DNA of 64,000 nt from a virus, in the IMG/VR virus record IMGVR_UViG_3300045963_000101, one strand, 5' to 3'. Made by a program: the position numbers and the translations under genes. Each line of letters starts with the position of its first letter. The first letter of the stretch is position 1. The notes below the pieces were generated by a model. The model ran no database searches, had not been told where the DNA came from, and saw only the letters and a program-made list of their open reading frames with translations. Of this stretch, positions 9,861-20,865 are shown in pieces.

Positions 9861-11326
9861 CAGCTTTTACAACTAATGTAGGTTCCGGTGGAGCCTCTTT
9901 TGAGGCCGATACCGAAGGTGCTGCTAACTGGCCTTTAGCAAAAATAGGTTGGGATGCTCAAGGTGCTGGTAAACGTGTTAGTGCCACAGACCCTCTCCCA
10001 ACAAGTAAGAACGCAACAATCTTTAGGTTTAGTACTAACAATACCAGTGTTGCACAGCTAGCTGCAGCTGCGACTTTTACGGGTACTATTGAAACAGCAC
10101 TCGATCAACCCAGCATTTCTTTGCTTTTGGTTTCCGATCAACCTATTACGTTGACAGTTAAGCAATACATCGATTTAGCAGGTACTCGCGCAGTTCCTGA
10201 TATTATCTTTTATGTCCCTGCAAGTACAGGTTTTTCGCGCTCATTTACTCTTAATGGCAACTATGTTAGCATTACAGCTACAAATACCGGTGCAGCTACT
10301 ACAACGACATTCAGTTTGAATACTGCGTATGGTGATCTTGGAGATGCAGACCCTAACGGTGTTCAACCAGTTACTGAATTACCGTTAATCCTTAATGGTG
10401 CCGCAGCACAGACAGCCCTTGTCAATAACATCCTTACACCCGCGTCAGGTACAGCAGCGGTTAACGTTGCAGGATTCCGTGCAGGATCTGTTCAGGTTGT
10501 TTCTACTGGTACAGCTGGTGGATATATCTTTGAACAGTCAAATGACAACGTAAACTGGATTGCTTTACCTGTATTTAATGCATTACTTGTGACTGGCGTT
10601 CCTATTACTGCAGCTGTTGTCCCTACTGCAGCGACCATTCTTTACACATTCCCAATTCGATGTGTGTATTTACGATTACGTATTTCTACGGCAGTCACTG
10701 GTGGTTCTATCCAAGCATTCTCTCGTTTGAGTAGTGATCCTTGGACGTCGTCTGCACAATTGGTAGCTAATAGCACTGCTGCTAACTTGTTAACTACTGC
10801 AACAGTTGTTGGTGATACCGCTGCTGCTGCTTCTGCTGATGCGCTAGCTAACCCAACTATTAAACAGTTAGGTGCTGACAACATGGTGTTTAACGGCACT
10901 ACTTGGGATCGTCAGCGTGGTATGGGCCTAGCTGCAACCACTGGCGATACAGGTGCTAAGACTGCTACAGGTAACGGCGCAACGCAAACTAACGTAGGCA
11001 ACAAAGGTGTTGCTATTGTTGTTAATATGGGTGCGGTTACTGGTACGACTCCTACGTGTGTACTTAAGGTTCAGGGATCCTTGGACGGTGGTACTACATG
11101 GTACGACATTCCCGGAGCGACTACCGCTTCTTTAACTGCGACTGGTGTATTTGGTATTACTCTCTATCCGGGGGTTCCTACCGTTGCTGGTACAACTACA
11201 ACTATTGCCGGTACTGCAACCTGTGGTCAGCCAATACCCCGCACATGGCGTATGGTATGGACTATTGGCGGTACTACTCCTTCATTCACAATTACAAATA
11301 TTCAATTCAACTATTTGGCTAATTAA
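9857..11326 (+). CDS. Putative tail/appendage structural protein
   Basis: T/A/G-rich beta-sandwich-like composition, NGTTWDRQRG motif; in tail module. Confidence 0.7.
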   Translation: MTAFTTNVGSGGASFEADTEGAANWPLAKIGWDAQGAGKRVSATDPLPTSKNATIFRFSTNNTSVAQLAAAATFTGTIETALDQPSISLLLVSDQPITLTVKQYIDLAGTRAVPDIIFYVPASTGFSRSFTLNGNYVSITATNTGAATTTTFSLNTAYGDLGDADPNGVQPVTELPLILNGAAAQTALVNNILTPASGTAAVNVAGFRAGSVQVVSTGTAGGYIFEQSNDNVNWIALPVFNALLVTGVPITAAVVPTAATILYTFPIRCVYLRLRISTAVTGGSIQAFSRLSSDPWTSSAQLVANSTAANLLTTATVVGDTAAAASADALANPTIKQLGADNMVFNGTTWDRQRGMGLAATTGDTGAKTATGNGATQTNVGNKGVAIVVNMGAVTGTTPTCVLKVQGSLDGGTTWYDIPGATTASLTATGVFGITLYPGVPTVAGTTTTIAGTATCGQPIPRTWRMVWTIGGTTPSFTITNIQFNYLAN

Positions 11327-11340
11327 CGCTGGGAGGTAGT

Positions 11341-14300
11341 ATGGCCGTTACTCTTGGCGTAGTAGGTACAGCAACCGCAAATGCTGTAAGTCTCACTACT
11401 GGTGCACAAAATTCTGCTGCTTCTGGAAGTCGCTTCTTTATTGTTACAAACTCCACTTCAATTTCTGCCGTTTCGGATAATAAGGGTAATACCTATACCC
11501 TTGTTCAATCCAATACAGGGGGCAGCTCAGGGCAAAATAATATTTATGCCACTGGGCCAAATGCAACAGGCGGGTCAGGTCATACAGCAACTGTTACATA
11601 TGGATCAAGCACAGTACGCTATCTTGTCCTTATTGAGCTTGTTGGTGGTGGTGTAAATGACACACTTAATAGCTCTATATCAACTGGCCCTGCTTGGACA
11701 ATCAGCAGCACATCGCTGGCAGGGGTTGGGGAGTACGCGCTTTACGTAATCTCAAGCAATACAAACACTAACCCGAACATATTTACCGAGAATACGGGGT
11801 TCACAAAGTTAGCCGAACAGCAGGATGGCTTCAATGATTGGGGTTCAGCAATTTTTGGTAAAGCATTATCAGCTACCACAGCGCTCACTACTAACGTCAC
11901 GGACAACGCCGGTGCAACCAGCGGGGATCAAATTTTATTGACTGTCAAAACAGTTGCTCCAGCAGGACCTACTGTAGTTCAGTCAACAAATACTACCAAT
12001 TTCGATAGCAGTCCGCCCCAAACGCTGACGTTGAATGGTTGTGCTGCAGGTAATTTACTGATACTAGCTGCTAATGGTAGAGATGCCTTAGTAAGCACTA
12101 CACCCGTTGTGGATGCTGGATGGGTACAGGCTCAACAAGTAGGACCATTGGCATCGGCTGGTGGAACATTTGTAACGTCTATTGTTTACTACAAAATAGC
12201 ATCAGCAGGTACAAATTCTGTAACATTTACTGTGGCATCAGTTCGTAGCGGTGCTACCCTTATGGAAGTATCAGGACTGGGGTCTAATATCTCGGTAGAC
12301 AGAATTATTTCTGCAAATGGTACTTCATACTCCCCACCCTTCGGTTCTGGAACAACAGGAACCACTCGCGTAGCAAATGAAATTTCGATAGCATCGCTTC
12401 TTTATAACGATGCCGGAGGGACTTTTACCATCACCCCTCCTACGGGGTATACCAACCTAATATCAGACGTTGATACAAACACTGGTATTGGTGGGGAAAT
12501 TGCTTATAAAACATTAACTGCAACAGGTACGGAATCTCCATCTTGGGCCGTTACAGGAACTGCTGGAATAAACCCTATCTTTCTGGCAAGTGTAACAACC
12601 TTTGGTGGGAATATCCCTATATCTTCTAATGGTTGGCCCATTGGTGGTAACGTTGCATTAGGTACTCTCCTTGCTTCTGGCGGTGCAGGTTCTATTACGC
12701 TCGTTGGAGCAAATAGCTCTCAGGCAGCAACATCCGGTACAGGTGTCGTCACCCAAGTACAAATACTTGTTGGTTCTAACTCGTCAGAAGCTTCTACGTC
12801 TGGTACAGGGGTAGTAACACAAAATCAGCTGTTGGTGTCTGCAAATGTATCTCAAGCGGCTACGTCCGGTACAGGTGTCATCAGCCAAGGATCCGTAACA
12901 ATAACTCTTGTTGCAGCTAACAGTACACAAAATCAAACCTCGGGTACTGCAAACATAATCCAAACGCAGATTATGGTTGGCTCTGGTGCTTCACAAGCCC
13001 CAACCAGTGGTACCGGTGTTATTACTCAAAACCATGTTCTTGTTAAAGCTGATTCTTCGGAAGCTTCTACTTCGGGAACTGGAGTAGTTGTTCAAACACA
13101 AATACTGGTTAAGGCAGACTCCTCACAGGCGTCTACTTCAGGTACTGGTGTTATAACACAAAATCAGATATTAGTCAAGGCTGACTCTACACAAGCAGCA
13201 ACCTCAGGAACCGGTGCAATAACCCTTGCCGGAGCACTTGTCGCGGCAACATCCACGCAAGATCAAACTTCAGGAACTGGCGTAGTAACTCAGACGCATA
13301 TACTGGTTAAGGCTGACTCAACAGAGGCATCCGCATCAGGCACCGGAGTAATAACCCAAAACCATATTCTTGTTAAGGCAGACTCCTCGCAGTCGGCATC
13401 ATCAGGAGTCGTGGCAATTACTGCGGGTAATGGTCTTGCTGCAGCTAACAGTACACAGGATCAGACATCCGGTACAGGAACGGTATCTCAGGTTCATATT
13501 CTTGTCGGAGCAAACAGTTCAGAAGCTTCTACGTCTGGTACAGGGGTTGTCACACAGGTACAAATACTCGTAACAACAAACAGTGCTCAAGACCAAACGT
13601 CCGGTACAGGGATTATCAGTCAGTCGTCTTCAGGCGTAACTCTTGTCTCGGCTAATTCAAGTCAGGGAGCAACGTCAGGAACTGCAGCGGTAACTCAAAC
13701 ACATATCCTTGTCAAAGCTGACTCACTGCAGACAGCCTTGTCGGGTACTGGTGTGATGGGTACGCCTCAACTAATTGCAGCAGATTCAATTCAAACGGCA
13801 ACGTCTGGTACGGTAGTCATGACGGTATTCCGTAATCAGGTTCTTGTAGTAACTGATTGGTCTAATGGGTATCAATACAATTTATCCGGCGTGGGAAATC
13901 TTATACAGAACCATTCATTGGTTGCTGCAAATGCGTCTCAAGTAAATTGGTGTACAACTGGTGTCATTGGTAATAACGTTATCCTTGTCAAAGCAGATGC
14001 ATCACAGTCGGCAACGTCTGGTACGGGTGTTATTGTTTGGACATATGGATTGGTATCTGCTAATAGTAATCAAACAGCAGTATCCGGCGCTGGAAGTAAT
14101 CCTGTCAGGGTATTTCTTACCAATACCTCACTTACAACGTGGACGCTTCCCACAGATTGGAACCCCAACAGCAATACCGTTGAATTGATAGGTGGTGGCG
14201 GCGCTGGGCAACAAGGTTTTAGTGCTTCACAGGGTGGTGGTGGCGGTGGCGGTGGTGAATACAAAATATACCCAAATTACCCCGCACCAGCAGGCTCTGT

Positions 14301-15402
14301 TGCAACCATTAGTATCGGTAAAGGCGGTGCCACTTCAGGGGCTATTGGTGAGAGTGGAGGATTAACCAGCTTTTATGTATCACCTACTTACACTAATCTC
14401 TTTGCGGGAGGCGGAGGTGGTGGAACAGACGGAGGTGGTGGGCAAGGAAGCTCAACCCCTACTTCAGGAGCAACAGGCTATAACGGTGGCGCGGGCGGTA
14501 ACGGAACCCTTAATGATGGTGGCGGTGGCGGTGCGGGTGGACCATACGGAGCAGGTCTAAATGGAGGTAACGGTAATGCTGCCACTGGTGGGATTGGCGG
14601 TAATGCCGGTGGTGGCTTTGGTGGTTTAGGTGGCGCGGGTGGAGTAAATGGAACCACGATTCAACACAATGGTGGCAACGGCGCTAACGGTCTTGAATGG
14701 GGTACCGCTGGCTCTGGCGGCGGTGGCGGCGGCGACTATGGACCAGGAACTCCTGGCAATGGTGGTTTGTATGGTGGTGGTGGTGCAGGTTCAGATGGCG
14801 CATCTAATTTTTGGGGTAATGGTGGGCAAGGCATTATTGTCATTACGTACACGCCTTCAACAACCCCTAATATAACTCAGAGCCAATTATTAGTAAAATT
14901 AAACTCAGACCAGTACTCAACCAGCTCTGTAAACGCAGTATCACAAACACAATCATTTGTGTCTGCAGGTACAACGCAAAATGCTTCTTCAGGTACTGGT
15001 AATGTTCGTGCAACGCATACTCTTGTAGGTGCTAATTCTAATAACAGCAATAATAGTAGCACCGGAATTGTTACCCAGAATCACACTCTAGTCGGAGCCT
15101 TATCCGGACAGTCCTCCAGTAATACTATTAATAGTATTATTCAGAGACATAACTTGGTCAGCTCTTCTGTTATTCAGTATTCTACTTCAGGTAATGACCT
15201 GACAAGAGTCTACGGGTTTAACTTCAGTCCAAGTAAATACTCTGTGGATGTTCCTAAGGGTACCTATTCTACTTCCGTAAAAGCTTTAATTAAGACCGTA
15301 TATGTACCCATAGGTTCTTATTTGGCAATTCTAAAACCAATAAATAACAAGGTATCTGTACCTAAGGAAAACTATAATGGCAATACTGGCAACCTTCGAT
15401 AA
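11341..15402 (+). CDS. Large tail fibre/spike protein with 22-aa repeats and a glycine-rich domain
   Basis: GGAGG RBS; about 21 copies of an LVxAxSxQxxTSGTGVxTQ unit, then ELIGGGGAG Gly-rich domain, then about 5 more repeats. Confidence 0.8.
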   Translation: MAVTLGVVGTATANAVSLTTGAQNSAASGSRFFIVTNSTSISAVSDNKGNTYTLVQSNTGGSSGQNNIYATGPNATGGSGHTATVTYGSSTVRYLVLIELVGGGVNDTLNSSISTGPAWTISSTSLAGVGEYALYVISSNTNTNPNIFTENTGFTKLAEQQDGFNDWGSAIFGKALSATTALTTNVTDNAGATSGDQILLTVKTVAPAGPTVVQSTNTTNFDSSPPQTLTLNGCAAGNLLILAANGRDALVSTTPVVDAGWVQAQQVGPLASAGGTFVTSIVYYKIASAGTNSVTFTVASVRSGATLMEVSGLGSNISVDRIISANGTSYSPPFGSGTTGTTRVANEISIASLLYNDAGGTFTITPPTGYTNLISDVDTNTGIGGEIAYKTLTATGTESPSWAVTGTAGINPIFLASVTTFGGNIPISSNGWPIGGNVALGTLLASGGAGSITLVGANSSQAATSGTGVVTQVQILVGSNSSEASTSGTGVVTQNQLLVSANVSQAATSGTGVISQGSVTITLVAANSTQNQTSGTANIIQTQIMVGSGASQAPTSGTGVITQNHVLVKADSSEASTSGTGVVVQTQILVKADSSQASTSGTGVITQNQILVKADSTQAATSGTGAITLAGALVAATSTQDQTSGTGVVTQTHILVKADSTEASASGTGVITQNHILVKADSSQSASSGVVAITAGNGLAAANSTQDQTSGTGTVSQVHILVGANSSEASTSGTGVVTQVQILVTTNSAQDQTSGTGIISQSSSGVTLVSANSSQGATSGTAAVTQTHILVKADSLQTALSGTGVMGTPQLIAADSIQTATSGTVVMTVFRNQVLVVTDWSNGYQYNLSGVGNLIQNHSLVAANASQVNWCTTGVIGNNVILVKADASQSATSGTGVIVWTYGLVSANSNQTAVSGAGSNPVRVFLTNTSLTTWTLPTDWNPNSNTVELIGGGGAGQQGFSASQGGGGGGGGEYKIYPNYPAPAGSVATISIGKGGATSGAIGESGGLTSFYVSPTYTNLFAGGGGGGTDGGGGQGSSTPTSGATGYNGGAGGNGTLNDGGGGGAGGPYGAGLNGGNGNAATGGIGGNAGGGFGGLGGAGGVNGTTIQHNGGNGANGLEWGTAGSGGGGGGDYGPGTPGNGGLYGGGGAGSDGASNFWGNGGQGIIVITYTPSTTPNITQSQLLVKLNSDQYSTSSVNAVSQTQSFVSAGTTQNASSGTGNVRATHTLVGANSNNSNNSSTGIVTQNHTLVGALSGQSSSNTINSIIQRHNLVSSSVIQYSTSGNDLTRVYGFNFSPSKYSVDVPKGTYSTSVKALIKTVYVPIGSYLAILKPINNKVSVPKENYNGNTGNLR
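12700..14095 (+). repeat. Coding tandem repeat, ~66 bp / 22 aa unit
   Basis: Consensus LVKADSSQASTSGTGVITQNQI read directly from the translation. Confidence 0.85.
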
Positions 15403-15658
15403 ACAACCTGCTGAAGTACAAGACTACGACGTATCCTTTGTCAATTGGCTTGCAGCATTAGGAGACACAGGAGCTTCTGCTACAGCTACGGCTACTACGG
15501 GAATCACACTGGTATCCACTACTTTTACGAGTGGTGTGGTTAAAGTGTGGTTGTCTGGTGGCGTAGATGGGCAGAGCTATACTGTGGTTATTAACGTTAC
15601 GACCACTGGTGGTAGGGTTAAACAATCTGAAATAGTGATTAAAGTAAAGGATAAATAA
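15377..15658 (+). CDS. Small tail-fibre adaptor-like protein
   Basis: FDKQPAEVQDYDVSFVNWL N-terminal motif seen in phage fibre adaptor proteins; follows the large fibre gene. Confidence 0.6.
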   Translation: MAILATFDKQPAEVQDYDVSFVNWLAALGDTGASATATATTGITLVSTTFTSGVVKVWLSGGVDGQSYTVVINVTTTGGRVKQSEIVIKVKDK

Positions 15659-17196
15659 TGGCTCAACCAGTAACGGATTTTGGATCAGGTGGATTCGTCC
15701 CTGATCCACCTTCAGTAATGCTACCACCGAATATTTTCTCTGATGTGCTTAATGTACGCTTTGATGATTCCTCGGTGAGTACAACTACTGGTGAATCTAC
15801 CTCTCGAATCATTTCTATATCACCAACTTATGGTATTCACTGGAGACGTCCTGATCAAGGCTACAATATTTTTGCCAAAGACGGTAATATTGTACGTGTT
15901 GATTCAGCTGGTGGTGCCTCAACAATGTTTACTGGTGGTGCCGGATACGTCGGTGCTGACTGGCAAGGATGTACTTTTAATGGCGGCTTTGCAATTATTC
16001 TTAATGATGGTGTTAATACACCTATATACTGTCTGTATGGAAGCACTACAGCCGGAACAACCTTCCAACCTTTACCTAACTGGAATTATATAGCGGGACT
16101 TACTGTTACAGCTAAAGTTATCAGGTCTCTTAACTATTCTTTGGTTGCTGCAAATCTTACTCTTACACAGAGTGGTATTACGACATATGCTCCGGGAACT
16201 ATCAGGGTGTCTGTTCAATCAGCTACCGGCGGTGTTCCTACTGTGTGGCAACCCGGACTTACTACCGATACGGCAGATGAGTTTGAGATAAGCTCTACAT
16301 CGCCTGTTCTTGATATGCTTACTCTCAGAGGTAACATGTTTGTTTATTCAAGCGATAGTATCTCAATGCTGTCTATCGCAGGAACTACTCGCGTGGCTCC
16401 ATACAGTAATACTTATGGTATTCTTAATACTGACTGTGTTGTTGAATATGATGGCAATCACTTTGTGGTTGACCGTAATGATATATACACTCATAATGGT
16501 AGTGGTCAAATATTATCATTAGCCGAAGGTCGTGTTAAAAAGTGGTTCTTCCGTAATCTTAATCAAGCAGCTACTAACCAAGTGGTCGTAGTAAAGAATC
16601 CTCAATACAAAGAAATCTGGATATGCTTCCCTATGGGGTCGTCTACATCTTGCAATATGGCTCTTGTGTTTAACTTTGCTTCTAAGACATGGACAAAGAG
16701 AAGTCTTGGTAATATATCCTACGTGTTTAATGGGCCAGCCAACGTTGGTACTGCATGGCAATACGGCAAAGAACGGCTGTATATGACTACCACAACGACA
16801 CAAACATTGCAGACCGATGATGTGTATACTATGTGGAATGGATCTGCTCTTGCAGGATATTCTTCGTATGTAGAGCGTCTTAAACTCAATATGGGTGATC
16901 CCTCGTCAAACACCTTGATCAGCTCGATATATCCCTTGTTTGATCGTGTACCTGCTGTTGCAGCAATCACAATCAGAGTTATTGGTCAAAACAACTATAC
17001 CAAAGACTATGATTTGTCAATTGACAATGGTGGCGTTGAAGATACCTTTACGATTTACCCTGCTGCAGACGGTAATCAAAGCTATAAGGTAGACCCGCGC
17101 GTGTCCGGACGACTAATTAATTATCGTATAACCTCTACAGACTACTGGCGTATACCCACAATGTATATCGATGCCAAACCAACTAATCGGAGATAA
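15658..17196 (+). CDS. Tail nozzle / tubular protein (P22 gp10-like beta-propeller)
   Basis: Beta-rich 512 aa; NPQYKEIWICFP...ALVFNFASKTWTKR motif; position before the ejection genes. Confidence 0.7.
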   Translation: MAQPVTDFGSGGFVPDPPSVMLPPNIFSDVLNVRFDDSSVSTTTGESTSRIISISPTYGIHWRRPDQGYNIFAKDGNIVRVDSAGGASTMFTGGAGYVGADWQGCTFNGGFAIILNDGVNTPIYCLYGSTTAGTTFQPLPNWNYIAGLTVTAKVIRSLNYSLVAANLTLTQSGITTYAPGTIRVSVQSATGGVPTVWQPGLTTDTADEFEISSTSPVLDMLTLRGNMFVYSSDSISMLSIAGTTRVAPYSNTYGILNTDCVVEYDGNHFVVDRNDIYTHNGSGQILSLAEGRVKKWFFRNLNQAATNQVVVVKNPQYKEIWICFPMGSSTSCNMALVFNFASKTWTKRSLGNISYVFNGPANVGTAWQYGKERLYMTTTTTQTLQTDDVYTMWNGSALAGYSSYVERLKLNMGDPSSNTLISSIYPLFDRVPAVAAITIRVIGQNNYTKDYDLSIDNGGVEDTFTIYPAADGNQSYKVDPRVSGRLINYRITSTDYWRIPTMYIDAKPTNRR

Positions 17197-17198
17197 AT

Positions 17199-19724
17199 AT
17201 GCTTACTGCACCCTTAACAGGTGATGAAAACCTTGATTCATTTCTTTATGACCTTGCCAATCAAGTTGATAGCGGCGGTTCAGGAACTGGTATCACTGTA
17301 GTTAACGGTGCTCTTATTGCTCCTGATGGAACTATCACAGGTTATGTCGAACGATTCATGCATGTGAAATATGCTGATGATCCTATTGGAACAGGTATTA
17401 CTGATACCGTTACCAGCAAGGCGTACTATGGTTTTAATAATTCGAGTCTGTCTACCGAATCAACAAACCCCACAGACTATACTTGGAAGTTAGTCGCCGG
17501 AGGTTTTGGGACAACAAACTTCTTGTATTATAAATGTACAGGTAACAGGAATATTCAATGGGCCGTTAATAACGTTGCACCTGGATATGACTGGCAGATT
17601 GTTCCTTCTGGCTCTATTGATCTGGATATTCTTTCAAGTACAGCTGTTAACTCAATACCCAGCTTTATAAGCTCCTTTTCTCCTGCTACTTTTGCTATTC
17701 CTTATTCTGGATCTGCGTATACATTTGCAGGTGTAACCCCAACTCTTACAGGAACTAATAATGGTATAGCTGTGCAATTTTCTGCTGCACAAACAGATGC
17801 TGCTCAGGCAAGCAATACATGGCGTATTGGTAATAGCTCTACGACAGGATATACAGACATTACGGCTACAAATATTACTATTGGTTCACCGTCTGTGTCA
17901 GGATTGTTTGCATTGTGGCCAGCACCAACAGCTGTAGCTAACGTAAATTCTTCGATGGTTGTCCCTATCAGGTACAAAGATATTCTTGGTAATATGTTCC
18001 AATGTGCTAATACTGGTATTGCTTTTACGGTTGTTACCAATGGCACAAACGGTACCAATGCAACAGCTGCTCCTGCTATTGATATCTCAGGGTATACTTC
18101 CTTCAGTCAGAATGCTGGTGGAGCAAATACACCTAGCAGTACAACAATCAGTGCTCTTACTGTTAACATTACTTCTCCAACGTATTCATGGTCGGTTACT
18201 GGTGCTACACCTACTACAGGAACTGGCATATCAATCACAATCAGTCCAAACACATCCACCACTTCCGTCTCAGTAACGCTTACTGTTAATGGTACTGGTC
18301 TGGGAAGTCCACTGGTACGTACATGGAATATGCCTGTGGTATACAGTGGTGCTGCGGGTTCTGCAGGTTCTAACGGTGTGATGTCTGCTTATCCAAGTAT
18401 ATACCAATGGACAGCTACAAGTACACCACCTACAAGGCCATCTACAACAAGTACCTACACATGGTCAACCGGTGCATATATACCACCCTCGGGATGGTCT
18501 GCAACTTCACCAAGTAATACAACTCCGGGATCGTACTTGTGGGAGATTACTGTTCCCGTAAATGTTGTGGCAACAGTCACCACCTCACTTCTTGACTGGA
18601 CTAACACGAGCTTTCCTATCAATGCTATTGCTTACAACGGTGCTAATGGCGCAAACGGCAGTAATGGTAGTAATGGTAGTAATGGTGCTACAGGTCCGGC
18701 TGGCTCAACGGGTCAGGCTGGTTCAGCAAGCTATAGTATTAGTCGTACAGCAAACAATAGTGGATCGCCCACAGAGTCGCCTACAGGAAGTGGTCTTTAT
18801 CCTGAGGTGCTTGCTGTTATTGGTAGACAGCCTGTTAATGGTGATATTTGTAATATTCAATACAATACTTCTGCAAGTACAAGTGGTGTAAGCTATAGGT
18901 TTATTGCGGGTGCATGGTCTTTGTTTAACACATATATTCCCGGAAGTTTAATAGTTCAGAATACTATTACTGCAGACCGTATGTCGGTGTCCAATTTTAG
19001 TGCAGCCAGTGGAAATATCCTTAATATTACTGGTGGTGAATTAACTATTACAGATATAACACGTGGAACACCTACAATTAGTGGAACCACAATGACAGGT
19101 GCTGGGACTCATTTGTATTCAGATGGTAGGTTTGCGTTAGGTGACTCTACAAGAAATATTGTTAACAATGGTTCTGTAGTTTCTATTAGTGGATTCTTAA
19201 GCCCAACGACTAATTCAATATTTACATCAACGTCAGGCAGTTCCTTTCCTACCTCTCAATGTACTGTTACACCAACGAGTTCTGCAACTATAACTTTAAA
19301 TAGTAATAAATTTTTGTTAAATGCCCATGGATACACCGACATATATTGGAATGGAACAGTTGAAAGGTTTATCCAAAATGTTGTAGAAGTTATTGCTTAT
19401 GATAATACCAAGGGATCTTACGTTTATTTAAGCGGTTTTTATACTTCACCACTTGCAATTGTTAGCTATATAAATGTTTTCATTACACCTAACCAAGCAA
19501 GTAATGTCAAGCTTCCATTTTCTTTTAATACTTTAGGTTATTCTTTTGGTGGTACACCAACATATTCAGATGGTACCGCTGTTATTTGGGCCGGACACAA
19601 TTTTAGTTTCGGTATTAGAACAGTTACAAAATGTTTAGCTGTTGGTTCAACAACTCTCTTTTCAGAATTATATGCCGCACCTGTGTCTCAAGGTTATATT
19701 AACGTATTGGATTTCGCTATATGA
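17199..19724 (+). CDS. Tail/receptor-binding protein with collagen-like segment
   Basis: HVKYADD...KAYYG...ESTNPTDYTW module; G-X-Y run GANGANGSNGSNGSNGATGPAGSTGQAG; T/S-rich. Confidence 0.7.
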   Translation: MLTAPLTGDENLDSFLYDLANQVDSGGSGTGITVVNGALIAPDGTITGYVERFMHVKYADDPIGTGITDTVTSKAYYGFNNSSLSTESTNPTDYTWKLVAGGFGTTNFLYYKCTGNRNIQWAVNNVAPGYDWQIVPSGSIDLDILSSTAVNSIPSFISSFSPATFAIPYSGSAYTFAGVTPTLTGTNNGIAVQFSAAQTDAAQASNTWRIGNSSTTGYTDITATNITIGSPSVSGLFALWPAPTAVANVNSSMVVPIRYKDILGNMFQCANTGIAFTVVTNGTNGTNATAAPAIDISGYTSFSQNAGGANTPSSTTISALTVNITSPTYSWSVTGATPTTGTGISITISPNTSTTSVSVTLTVNGTGLGSPLVRTWNMPVVYSGAAGSAGSNGVMSAYPSIYQWTATSTPPTRPSTTSTYTWSTGAYIPPSGWSATSPSNTTPGSYLWEITVPVNVVATVTTSLLDWTNTSFPINAIAYNGANGANGSNGSNGSNGATGPAGSTGQAGSASYSISRTANNSGSPTESPTGSGLYPEVLAVIGRQPVNGDICNIQYNTSASTSGVSYRFIAGAWSLFNTYIPGSLIVQNTITADRMSVSNFSAASGNILNITGGELTITDITRGTPTISGTTMTGAGTHLYSDGRFALGDSTRNIVNNGSVVSISGFLSPTTNSIFTSTSGSSFPTSQCTVTPTSSATITLNSNKFLLNAHGYTDIYWNGTVERFIQNVVEVIAYDNTKGSYVYLSGFYTSPLAIVSYINVFITPNQASNVKLPFSFNTLGYSFGGTPTYSDGTAVIWAGHNFSFGIRTVTKCLAVGSTTLFSELYAAPVSQGYINVLDFAI

Positions 19725-20155
19725 CAAAAATCTTTGCACTACCCCCTGACGCAGTAGCCTCTAATTGGCAAGCTATATCAGGATATCTCATCCGAGTTAT
19801 TGAAACAGGTCAGGGCGAATCTACCCTAACAGACTACCTACGCAAGTGTCTCAACAATCAGGCAGTTTGCTGGGTAGTTATGAGTAATAGCCTTTCACAT
19901 ACCGGACAGGAAATAGTTGGAGTAGGTCTCACAGAAATACTCCAATACAGCCAACATAAAACACTTCATATTATTGCCTTCAGTGGTGATAACTTTGATG
20001 AACAAGCACAAGTATTCCCAACCATAATTCAATACGCAAAGGATTGCGGATGTAAGTCAATTGAACAATGGGGCCGTAAAGGTTGGGCCAAAGTATTACC
20101 CAAGTATATTCCTGAATTTAAAGAAGTATACACAGTTATGAGGATCGATTTATGA
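19721..20155 (+). CDS. Conserved protein preceding ejection genes, possible GNAT fold
   Basis: LHIIAFSG...YAKDCGCKSIEQWGRKGWAKVL motif, common just before podoviral internal virion genes. Confidence 0.55.
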   Translation: MTKIFALPPDAVASNWQAISGYLIRVIETGQGESTLTDYLRKCLNNQAVCWVVMSNSLSHTGQEIVGVGLTEILQYSQHKTLHIIAFSGDNFDEQAQVFPTIIQYAKDCGCKSIEQWGRKGWAKVLPKYIPEFKEVYTVMRIDL

Positions 20156-20865
20156 AATACAGTTATGGTAAAATAACTAAACGAGCCGGAGGTGGTGGTT
20201 CTGGTGGTGGCAGTAGCTCTACCGTCCAGAACGTCCCGCCAGAACTCATGCCGTACCTTGTCAATGCAGATGCAAATGCGCAGGGCATGTATGGTGCAGG
20301 ACAACTCTCTCAAGTGGCAGGTGCCTCGGGTAATCAGTCTGCAGCATTCGGTGCAGGAGGTCGTGCCATTGCTACGGCGGGTGGTTCTGGTTTGGACACC
20401 TTAGCCAGTCAACAAGCTCGCTTGAGCAGCATGGCAATGGCTCCATCCACAGCTACTCTTGACGCGCAGAAAGCATCTATTGTTCATGATGCTGAAAAGG
20501 CTACTGCAGGTATTAACAGTAACTTCGGTCAGAATGGTGCTCTTGGCTCTGCGCGTAATGCTGTTATGCAGGGTGCTCAGAATGCAGACACCACCGGTAA
20601 GCTGGCTCAAGTTAATGCTGACTATGAAAATAAGATGTTCCAGAATCGTCTGGCTGCGGAAGGTGCTATTGATTCTTCTGTTAATCAGTCCGGCGCACTA
20701 GCTAATTCAACGGCTTCTGGACTGGCTAACCTTGGTGGACAAGAGCGCGGTATTAATCAGAGCCAACTCGATGCAGGATGGCAAGGGCTTCAGCGCTATG
20801 CTTCTACTGTATACGGTAATCCTGCGCGACAAACAACCACGCAGACTTCTTCAGGAGGTAAATAA
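20152..20865 (+). CDS. Putative ejection / internal virion protein
   Basis: GGGGSGGGSSSTVQNVP N-terminus; A/G/Q/N-rich helical composition. Confidence 0.65.
   Translation: MKYSYGKITKRAGGGGSGGGSSSTVQNVPPELMPYLVNADANAQGMYGAGQLSQVAGASGNQSAAFGAGGRAIATAGGSGLDTLASQQARLSSMAMAPSTATLDAQKASIVHDAEKATAGINSNFGQNGALGSARNAVMQGAQNADTTGKLAQVNADYENKMFQNRLAAEGAIDSSVNQSGALANSTASGLANLGGQERGINQSQLDAGWQGLQRYASTVYGNPARQTTTQTSSGGK

Noticed and set aside
9879-9890. TAGGTTCCGGTG, a partial class II match antisense in a tail gene; also AGCCGGAACGTT at 4960
   Set aside because: Only 10/12 matches; the first is antisense to local transcription and both lack the NTA end.
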